Assembly (NCBI GenBank): GCA_965235115.1 | Contig: OZ249452.1 | Location: 13,144,001 to 13,208,000, forward strand | Length of the DNA: 64,000 nt | From: Laetmonice hystrix | Taxonomy: Eukaryota | Reading direction: 5' to 3' | In this document: piece after piece, positions 50,801-62,800 of the stretch | Numbering within the stretch: position 1 is the stretch's first letter | How the letters are laid out: each line of letters begins with the position of its first letter | Made by a program: the position numbers and the translations under genes | The notes under the pieces: model-generated | The model's database searches: none | Told to the model about the DNA's origin: nothing | What the model saw: the letters and a program-made list of their open reading frames with translations, nothing else

Positions 50801-53800
50801 CTTCTGGAAGATTTGTCATCAATAGGACTATCCTGAATGCAACTTTACCTATCAATCTAAATGTGTTCCCCATCTACTGCTTCTGACAGACTTGGCTTCC
50901 TTGAGCACACATCAACACCTCACACTATAGCGAGTTGTGAAATGTGCCCTTTCCATGCTAATCGTCTTTGAATAACGAACGCCACACAGCCTGGACGACT
51001 TCCGGTATATTTTTACGCCGTCTCATGTCGGTCCCGTTGCTGGTGTTACGTTGATTGGTATTTGATTGACAGCATCACTGGCAACAATTTTATCTTGGTA
51101 ATTGACCTCATCTTTCCTATCAGCGCGTGTTTCGCATATCAGTACATGGCTAGCTTCCATGTGCCCGTAATATAATGTCTTCAGGGATGCCTTCGGAATA
51201 ATTCAGATGTGCTCCCTCCCTACCCCTGCAATTCTATCTTACATACTGGAGGCTAATCCTCGGCACTTATCGCTAGAGTTTGACAAAACTAAGGCAGGAA
51301 AAATGTGTTACTTATAGCCTCAGTCAAGACCTGGACCGAATACATACTGCGTCGAAAGTATTGTCTACAGGAATGCGAAGGTAATATTTCAGCAGACAAG
51401 AAAATCCATCGACAGGTCAATGCTAAAAAACGGGAAACATTAACGCAATGACAGTATTCTTCCCAGCCGAATTCTATGTCATAAATTCAGGGAAAACATT
51501 TTCTCAACCCATTTGGATTGTGAAAGGTTGGAAGACTGCTGAGGTTTTAAAAGACAGATCCATCACTCCGAGTTCGATAACGGAGGTGTATTTTTCAATG
51601 TATCAGAGAGAATAGTACAGTCCCAGTTCCTGTATTAATTCACGGGACGCCTATTATATAGAAATGCCTCACTTACGATTAATGCAATGAATTTGGCTGT
51701 AACTGGAAATACCAAGATCCCTCATTCTACTCAGAGATGTGTAATGAATGCAAGTCAATTACAGCTTGAGGCCATACCAGTATCACTGATAATTGAACCT
51801 TGCTCACAGAAACCATTTATCCCATCAATACCTATAGTGTATTCACTGCAAATGGATTCTATTGAGATGTAAATTTGGTGAATATTTGGACAAAATAGAC
51901 CAACTCACAAGGAATTTGCAAACATTCGCATTGTCAATAACTCCGTTGACTATGACTGTGTGAACATGACTGTAAGGACAGGGGTACTGCGAGGGGGTTG
52001 TTGGGGTGCCAAGAGGGGGTGCAGTGGGGTTAGAACCAGGGTGGACTGGGGTACAGATGTGTCTACACCCCGACCGCCTGGCCATTGACGGATTCCATAC
52101 TGCGCCGTCCTCCCCGTCTGCTGTTATACTGAGGTCCGGGTCCTCACATACCAAACCGGGGTCAGTGGTCCCGCCTGAGGACAAAGTATGGATCCCTTTG
52201 TCTTGAACCCAGGAGAAAACAGCGGTAATTTTTTATCCTGGTGATGTTAGACCAGGGACGGACAGAGCTGGCAGTTATTGCAAGGGGTCCAGAGGAGCTT
52301 TTTTTGTTTGTAGTACTTTTTTCCATGGTTACTCGGGAGGAGCCCCCCCCCCGGTATAATCAAACCCAGTTAACTCGACTTGTATATAGCTGCTTCAGTC
52401 ACACGATTTAAATCAAACTAGTGATTCCCCACCTGACTGCATGCTTATACACTTGATATACCTGACCTATCTCAAATCGTCCGGGTGGGGGGACCCCTGT
52501 ATTAAGTGGGGCTTTCTCAAGGCAAGCTAAGAGGACACAGAGGCTATACAAGGCAGCCCCGATACTTCCCTGTCGTGCTACACCTGTTGTTTTGAGATGA
52601 TCCAGGGATGGCTATACGACCTCAATATATACCCATGCATCTATTGACATAGATTCTTGTCATGCAACAACCGATGTTGTGCATCACGAAATCAATGCGG
52701 CCATTCATGCCGGTGGGCAGAAACGATCTATATCCTGAAAAGAAATTGTATTAGACCAAACTATTATATCATAATGCGTTCACATGAACAATGGTGTAAG
52801 ACCAAAATATATGTGGGTTCACGTGAGCAATGGTATTACATCAAACTATATGGGTTCACGACGTAACCAGGAGTTAAATATTGTGTTTAAAAAAATGAAA
52901 GAAATTTAATAAAATCTGGAGGTTCCGAAAGTTGGCAGGCGACCACACAGGATGCAGGTCCTAATACCAATGATCAGCCTGCCCTTCCATCCCCGTACGT
53001 ACTCAGAACCCACAGACTTCGGACCAGTACGTAACACAAATGACATATAATGTTCCGATTGTATGTTACACTGTACTTGGCTGAGATCTGAGTCTCCAGG
53101 GATTACCAAGAGATCAGGAATCACGTACGTGGATGGCTTCCTTGTGTATGCCGTCGGCTTACTGCCTCACGTCAAATGGCGGGACATAGTCTCATATCTT
53201 TGGTCTAAATCCTAATGAGATAGATTTGGTGTAATCAATATCACAGTCTGGGACGGCCTGTTGGTACACTGGCTGTGTGTTGAAGGGGCAACATCGCCAC
53301 ACAAATGGAAGAGGATCGCTATTTCAAACTCCAAACTTAACACTAAAAATCCTAACCTCGGTCCCCATACCTTCCCTACAAATCTACCCCTATCTTCTAA
53401 ACCCTACCCCTAATATGGTGGGAATGTTACCCTGTGGGAGTGACCACTTGAGGGGGTTGGGTAGGGGCTGAGACCAGAATTCCCCTGTAAACTCTAGAAC
53501 ACCTGTCTGGCTATGTGTCAGGGTCACTGTGACCACGTGGTTGTGACCTGGTGAGAGTGACCACTTGAGGGGGTTGGGTAGGGGCTGAGACAGGAATTCC
53601 CCTGTAAACTCTATAAAACCTGTCTGGCTATGTGTCAGGGTCACTGTGACCACGTGGTTGTGACCTGGTGGGAGTGACCACTTGAGGGGGTTGGGTAGGG
53701 GCTGAGACAGGAATTGCCCTGTAATCTCTATAAAACCTGTCTGGCTATGTGTCAGGGTCACTGTGACACATGGTTGTGACCTGGTTGATTGTGAGAGGTC

Positions 53801-56800
53801 AATCCCTCCCTGTCAATATCAATACATTCGTTCCTGATAATGATAATAAAAAACACGGGATAAATAATTATTCCGGGTGAGTGGACAACATGCATCACTC
53901 GGGTCGATTAGCCGGTTGTGGTGTAGTGATAGGGGATCTATTATTTATACCACAGGAGGGGCTGGTGTACGATAAATAACACGATATGATACGATAACTG
54001 CCTGTACAGTCCTCTCGTTCTAATACAGAACTGTCAATGTAGCCAATGAATATTTCTCCCGACATTCCATCTACAAGTAGTGTTCATGTTCAAGTGTTCA
54101 TGTGAATGAACACATTGGGATCCTCCGCCCTCAATGGGCAGCGCATGAATCGGACTAGAAACAATCAAAACAGTTGGGACCTCACTATTCCAAGTCCAAG
54201 GGAAACTTAATTGTTTCTTTGTTAAGTCCCCACGAGGCGCAATGTCTCTAATGTAAACGTTTCATAGACAATTTATCTTCTCAAGTAATTAATTAAACAC
54301 CTAGATAAATGATTCTGGTCTTGTTCAAATAAAGCTACGGCCACTCCTGGCACTCTGTGGGTTATCTAGATGGTCATCAATAATAAATAAAAGAATATTC
54401 CTGCACCGACTCGGTTATTATGTCTTTATAACTAATGGTCAGATAAGCCACCTGGCGGTCATTGTTGTCATGACGCTATGTATTTCAGTCTCTGAATTTA
54501 ACCATTCTCACTTGTAACTCTACATTACATATTCAGACATCTACTATCTTGACGTTACCTTACCTCCTAATACAGCGTCATCCAAATACATGCCCATGTA
54601 TATCCTGTTATGTCTTTCTCATCTTGCTGACCACTCGGTCTTCACAAAGATATTGAATTCCCCCAGAGAGTTGTAGCATGGGAACTAGACGGTTTGGATT
54701 GAGTTATGGATGAAGCTCTCAGTGTCTCCCCCTAGCGGCCCATCCCGGGCCCAGGCAGTCTCTCCAAGTATCTCATTATTTACTTGAGGTGTTGGAGTAT
54801 AGCTATTGACCTAAACTACCACACACTTCAAGCCATCATGGACTACACCTTCAAGATATTTCAATAAGTAATGCACTGAAGAAGGCTTTCAGACTATATT
54901 TACTGGAGTGGTCCATACGGAGCTTTTAGTGTCGAACATTCAAGTGTTGAATGTCTCTGTAAAACATACTTCATCCTGCACCTTTCTCCTCGAACACATC
55001 ATTCAATATCATATTCTCTAGCTTGCGTTATTAATATTTAGGCCTAGGCCTTCCCCATGTACAAATCAATGTACAGACCTACAGTTTTGCTCAGGATAGG
55101 CACATGGATTCTATAAAGTACAGGTAATAAACCCAAATGTGTTGATGCTCCTTAAGTCCTCATAATCCGTTTTATCTCAGTTGTATAGTTAAAATATCAG
55201 CAGCTGCTGATTATGATTAGTCTAATCTACCCGGTGAAGTGTTACGAAACAACTCGCAGTAAAACCCCTAGGTCACTATAATATACACGTACTGGCCCAC
55301 CCCAACTCTACTCCATCCAACTGGGTTTTTGTACCTTGAGAATTTACTCTCAGCCACTACTTGAACGAAGACGAGTCGGGCCGAGTAGAGATATGGTTTT
55401 CAGGGCATCAATACTGGCTAGAGAGAGTTGAATCAGAACGGTATATAAATGTACATGTATAGGGTAGAGCTGGCTTGTATAGATACAGGCCGATGGTTGC
55501 AGACACCTGTCACACAGTCACGTAATATCATACGTGAATGTGGGATTGGTTATGACGTCATCATTTATCACAAAGTGGTCTGTGAACGATCACATGACAC
55601 ACAAACAACCGGCCTTCCCCCAGAGGGATTCCCCGTACCGTATCATATACGGAACAATTCCCATCAGGTGGTTCCACGGTTTGTTCCAAAATGACCTTTA
55701 AAACATATTTGACAGCTATGACCCTTACCGGATGTGCAAAACGTCTGAGGCAATCAGACATCGAACTGTCTTAATGAAGGAATAACACCTCCATCGAAAG
55801 GAAACCTACCTTCGCATGACTGGAATGATAATATTCATAGACTATGATGGTCTGAAGGTCGTTAGGACCCAGGTGAAAAAACGTACCTGACGACGTTAAC
55901 ACCCCATGTCAACACGTTATGCTATAGTAGCCTACTTACATAACCGACCTATTATCTTAATATGCTCAGCATCCCTTCCTGTGTTTCTCTGTATAAATCG
56001 ATGTGCACGGTGTGCAGACGCAAGGCTATATAAATGGGTATACATACAATAGACACTAGACATGATGTTCTATAGAGCCTATGACTAACGGGAATAAATG
56101 AGGCCATTCTGTGGTCTAATGATCTTAGTCAGAATACAGTACTTGAAGGTGTGATTAATATTGATCGACAATAAATGATGACTGTGTCGGTACAGGATGG
56201 GTTAAGTGGTCCAATTAATGGGTGTGGATGTGTTGGTACAGAATGGGTTAAGTGGTCCAATTAATGGGTGTGTGTGTCGGTACAGAATGGGTTAAGTGGT
56301 CCAATTAATGGGTGTGTGTGTCGGTACAGAATGGGTTAAGTGGTCCAATTAATGGGTGTGTGTGTCGGTACAGAATGGGTTAAGTGGTCCAATTAATGGG
56401 TGTGTGTGTCGGTACAGAATGGGTTAAGTGGTCCAATTAATGGGTGTGTGTGTCGGTACAGAATGGGTTAAGTGGTCCAATTAATGGGTGTGAGTGTCGG
56501 TACAGAATGGGTTAAGTGGTTCAATTAAAGGGTGTGGGTGTTGATACGGAATGGGTTAAGTGAGCTAATGAAAGTCGATGGCAGATTGACAGGTGCTCTG
56601 TCGAGGCAGTGTTTGATTGACAGGTGTTGTACCTCCTGGTCCACCTCTTAATACAGGTGTGAACGGACGTCTGGTTAGGCCTGCCATTAGTGGAACCCAA
56701 TCCTAGGCTCACTAACTTTCCCATAATGTGAATGCAATGGCTCCTTGCCAAGCACGGATTCAGACACGCATATGATGTGTGAATAATGTCCAAGGTTATC

Positions 56801-59800
56801 TGTATACATCTCTACAGTGGCGGATGAACTTGGGATGACCTTTAAAATCCTGCAATGTCTTAATCTCCCAGATTGCCTCTCAAATTTGACAGCTGACAGT
56901 TGGCCCGCATAAAAACAGCGGGGCATCACGCACTGATCCGATAACCTGTGTCGAAGTGTCAGTTTACATCGGGAAACATCTCCTAGGATGATGATGAAAT
57001 ATAATCAGAAAGGAACTCTCAATTAATCACATAAAAACGAAAATATTTATTGTATGAGAAATTCTTCGAAACACAATTCAAGCTAACGTAACAGGAAGAC
57101 CCCATGAAACAACTCCTCAGATTTCGAGAAGACATCTTAAAATATCAGGCAGACTTAGCCGTCCTTGTGTGTGGGCTTTGATAACTCTGACAGCAGGACG
57201 GACGTCTCCGCTGACACGTTTTCAAACGTTTTATTACAGGGGTAAGTAAAACGTTTTTTGTACGTTATGGTGACTCACTTGGACTGGCTTGTTAGACCGA
57301 TCGCTGCTGACATGTACGTCAGTTAAACAGGTCATTTTCTAACCCCGACCATTTTCTTTCCACCCAGACATCTTCACCTACATCCATGTAAACACGCCAT
57401 GAATATGGAAATTCGCAAGGCCATTTCTGTTCTCATAATGGACATTACAAGAGGTCTGTTTTAGTACCAAAGTCTCCAATGCAGATACGACCAAGGCTGC
57501 GGGAACTACTTAAAAACAAAACGACCACAAAAACACGGACACACGCCATCTGTTTGCCAATAAATTTCCCTGGGAAAACTTTAGATCCTATCTCAGTCGA
57601 GCTAAGATTAAAGATATACGGGCAGTGTTTTGAGGCAGCACTTGAGTGTTTGAGTGAGTCAGTTCTGATCTCTCCTCCATTGTCATTCTCTATCTGATAG
57701 TTAGGTCATCATGTGGTCCGTCCCATGTTTATAAATGGCTCTGGGCACGTGGCCAGTGCAGATATTCTACTGGCCAGCGGAAAATGGTAATATTGAGGAC
57801 ACTTATCCGTCTCAATTCTGGACCCCCCCCCCCCCAAAAAAAACATAATACTTAAATAAATATAAAATTAATTGAGGTACTAACTTGGTCAAAGCAATGA
57901 GGGGGAACCTTTGATTTTTATATTAAATCAATAAATTTCATCATGACATAAGTGTTAAAAAAACACGGAAAAATGCTACTGATGAAAACAACAAGAAATA
58001 CCGCCTTCAGCCACGTGTATTACGTGTAACTGCCACATCAATCAGTGTAATTTTTCCTTCTCCGCTGGCACGAGAAGTAGTGCCAGACGAACGGGAACAA
58101 CAAAGTTATTTAAACTAAGTCCGTTCCTCCTAATAGCTTCCTCTAGTTCCCTGACCGATATGCTACCAATAGATTCTGACTTCTGATTCTATTGTTTTGT
58201 AAAGCAATCAACCAAAAAGAAAAATTACATACATATACCTGACAGACCGGTGTACAGGAACTGACATTCGCTAATCATCCAGCACTCAGGGTGGAGAGAG
58301 AAATCACATGAGATTGCCTTTACCGACCCTCAGCAATTCCATCCAGACTAAAGGTCTCACACAGCTAGTAAAATGTCAGAGTCCATTCCACAAACGGACA
58401 TAGCAATTATAACGCATAACGCCGTACATTTTGCGATACATGTCCTAGATTGAATATCAGATAGTACTTCATCCATTAAAAGCACCAGGTCCTGGTCGTC
58501 GCAGTGATACTATGTTTTGGCTTTGGACTCTGCCGTGTCTAATATTCATTTATAATTAAGAAAAAATGTAAACCACTTTCCTATTCCTGCAACGCACAGT
58601 GCACTTAGAATTGATCTGAAGTTTTGTTTGAAACTTGTCCGACATCGTCGTTAGTTTCAGATCAATCGTGCACCAGATGTTTAGGATAAGGATGATGCCC
58701 ACACAAAATTACTAACCTTTGACCCCAAGTAAGAGAATATGTCGATATTATACTTCTGGAACCACGCGAAAAGACATACAGTGGAGAATAGCGTTATGCA
58801 CCGCTTACTTAAAAACCTAAGTACTTTTCGTGCCAAGTCTGGGCCACAGGCACGTGCATGCATGCAATGAGGGACCCGTGCCTGCCAGGGGCGTGAATTA
58901 TCTGTGTCCCAGGACGGCGGCTTGGTATTACGTAATCACGGCCCCTCCGGCGGCGTGTGGGGCGTGAAATATGAATGTGCGTGCAATACTCCAACGTTTA
59001 GATTCTCCTACAAAAGAGTCCTAAAAACGATTACAGATACTGTAACGGGGAGAGTTCCTGACGTAGAAAGACAGGGAGACTGCTGCAGCTGGTGGCTTAC
59101 AATATACCAAGTGGGTTAAAATAGTTCATTCCTTCCGCAGATACCTTGCAGTACGCAAAACAGTGTCACCATTAATGTATGTTTCCATTTCAAGACAAAT
59201 CTAGCAATCCACAGAGGACTTTTGAGAGATACTTTAGGAGACATCCCCATAAAATGTGACCTAGGCAGGGCAGGAATGTTAATCGTCTTACTGCAAGTAT
59301 TACATTCCAGACTTAGAAAAACTTAAACCCCAATAAGCAGCTGATTCTATTATCATTTCACACCAGAGTCTTTGCGTGTTTGTATGATCAGCTGATTTAG
59401 TTTCGTGTTGAAACGTTTATATACCGTTTGTCTGACGTTATTAAGACGACCTCCTATGTTTGTGCCCTGATTCCGACGAGTTCCCATTGTGTTTGTTATA
59501 TGACCAGTTGATTTAGTTTATACCGTTTATCTGACGTTATTAAGACGACCTCCTATGTTTGTGCCCTGATTTCGACGAGTTTCCATTGTGTTTGTTATAT
59601 GACCAGCTGATTTACCGGTAGTTTATTCCGTTTGTCTGCCGTTATTAAGACGACCTCCTATGTTTGTGCCCTGATTACGACGAGTTTCCATTGTGTTTGT
59701 TATATGACCAGTTGATTTAGTTCCGTTTGTCTGACGTTATTAAGACGGCCTCCTATGTTTGTGCCCTGATTTCGACGAGTTTCCATTGTGTTTGTTATAT

Positions 59801-62800
59801 GACCTGTTGATTTAGTTTATACCGTTTGTCTGACGTTATTAAGACGACCTCCTGTGTTTGCGCCCTGATTTCAACGAGTTTCCATTGAGTTTGCTCCGTA
59901 TAAATATGTCTGTGAACAGTACACGTCTACATGTATATGTAAATCCCTGCGTGTTAAATTTAACTAGACTCAACTAAAAAAAGAGAGAAAAAAAACATCG
60001 GTGAAGGAGCCAAGTTAAAAACTTGTACGCTTTGCCAGTTGAATTGACCCCAGGAGATAAATCCTAATGGCAAGCCGTGGATAAACCTCGGTATCATCAC
60101 TACATTATTTATCTACAGTCATTGTCCCTGCCGTCTGCTTGAACTGTGTCGGGTTTGTATACAGGTCACGTGACCTATCTGGGTTAGTTGGCGCGTGTTT
60201 AAGTACGACTTCATCGTCTCCTTCCGGTGTGTCAACCACCAAACGATGTACGGCCGGTTTGAATGCTACTTCACACCTGAGTCTGAATGACTTATTATGC
60301 GATTCAAATATCTCATTATACCATCATTATGTTTCAACTCCAAGTTCTACGACTCAATCGTTTATAAGGTAGGGGGCTAGGTCACTACTATGACGATACC
60401 CCTACATTTTATCATCATCCTATTTAATTCATATCTACCCTCAGTTTCCATGAGTACGCCACACAAGAACAGTATCTCAAAATATTTTAATTTAAAAAAA
60501 ATGTTAACACAATCTATATCCCCTTCTCGTACTTCCCTCCTGAGATTTCTTTCATTCATAAAGAATTGATCTATTTCCACAATATCTTGCGCGATGATAT
60601 GATTTCTTATTCAGGACCAGGGATGCTCAGCGGCAATGTATCATCGAGGGAGGCGCAATACAGGCGTTCACCTGCCTCACCCCTGGAATCTATCACCCTG
60701 GGATGATGGCTCCTGTAAAGGCATCCCACCATATATATTTGTTAATCTCTCATCAAAGATTGCATCTTTGCATCACGACAGCCAGTAAAACGAACCAAGT
60801 GTTGGCTATTCTATCATGCTGTGGTCATCAGTGGGCCCGTTTATCAGCCTGGTATCGACTCGCCAGTTTTACATCACAGCCATTTCCGCCACTTTCCGTT
60901 ATCGGATGGAAGACAGACCTTTTTTCCGCCAATAAAATTCTCCGGAATCTGACGGAAATGGGCGAGGAGTTCTGAATGTAGATTTTATTCCTAGAGGCGT
61001 GCTTCACACCCCTCCGTGTCAACCTCCCCACTTCCTAGAAATCGGAACCTTCCAAAGCTGTCCGAATACTTGACACCACTAGAATTCCATACAACCAGCC
61101 CTAGCCTCCGCTAACCCAGCCCAAAGGTTTCCGCGGGTTCCGATTTCATAATGTTTATACTACTACCAACCGACTCCCCACTGCTGACTCACCATCGGGA
61201 AAAATATCTCAAACTTTTCCTGGTCATTCTTTGACAAATCATATTCTGGAGCATAGCAAAAATGACTCAACCTTTGTAACAATGGGGGGGCATTCACCAA
61301 AGCGTGATCCCTTTAAAATAATCCTTAATTTGCATCTGTTTCAGTGTCAGTGGCAGCTGGTTATAAAAAGCGCCGTTTTTAGGACCTGACCCTGAAATAC
61401 AATTGGCGTAATGATTGAAAACAAAACGACCCACCACGTGCCTGACTTCCAGCTGTGTCGGCTGTCAATGCTGGCTAAAAATAGTCTCACCGTTCGATAT
61501 TGTTTAATACTGTATCCGTCTTTCTTCAACCCTTCCCCCGGCCGCTTCAAATACCAAGTTTTCCCTAGATACCCGTATAACATCCATTACGCATGCGTGT
61601 GAAAACATTATCACCTTGCCGCTTTGAAGTATTGGGAAAACACATGCAAACTGCGAATATTACTAACTAATTGGCCACTCCGACCCCCTGGGATAAAAAA
61701 AAGGGGTCCCCACAGGCCCGCGGCAGAATCCCTACCGCCATACCCAGGCCTGGCCTGGTGGGCAGAACCTTGCAAAAGATATAACTCATGCTAACTTTGG
61801 TCAGCGTCGTGACGGGCGTCTACACAGTTACCATGGTGATTTAGTACGTGTGATGTACCTCTCCCGGCCTCCACTTCCAGCGTTAATCACATCACCACGT
61901 GTCATACCGGTCAGGGCGAGCTGACAACTAAAATACACCTGACTGATGGACTAATGAACCACTATCAAGGGTCATCTTCCTTATAATGGTACATCCATTA
62001 AAAATTCATACTGTCATTACTAAATCATACGAAAGGTGCTCATGTGCACGCGCATCAAACTATGTGCACACAAGTACACCGGTCTTCACAAAGCAAGGTT
62101 ATAGGTCTATCATAGACACAACTAGGAGTCACCCTTTAAGACTTCATGGCCGCACCAGTTATCCTTTAAGATCGCAAACATGTCCCGCACACCCCTCCTG
62201 ACACGAAGTGATCGCGGTCCCACCCAACTACCACTGCACCCAACTCAGGTAGTGTGAGTTATAACATGACAGGGTATGCCCCATACACACTCCTGCCTAC
62301 AGTTCTCTGTAGCTATCAGCTTCATTGACTCAGGTAGTGTGAGTTATAACATGACAGGGTCTGCCCCATACACACTCCTGCCTACAGTTCTCCGTTGCTA
62401 TCGACTTCATTGAAGAGTGTTGACGACTCGCCCGATTACCAAGTCACCATTCATGTGCCCGGGAGGAGGGGAATGGTCTTGTTTACCGGCCCCGTTTCCC
62501 AGGCCGGAATAAAAGTTCTAGTTTTTATATGCTCTAAAATGTATTTCCTCTGTAGGAAAAGCTCTTCGAGACTGTTATGCTATCTATACTACATGTACTT
62601 GAATATTCTTTAAATAGGAAACAGCACGCCCTACAATTACATCGTATTAACACCACGGTGTGGTCACGGTAGCCCTGCAGCGGTAATTAGACATAATAAT
62701 GTATTACCGAACTTCATTAAGCCATGGTGCCGGGGTGGGATGCTGACACCCCTTCCCTGTGCACCCCACACCCTCCACTGTCCTACAGCTGTGGGCATCA

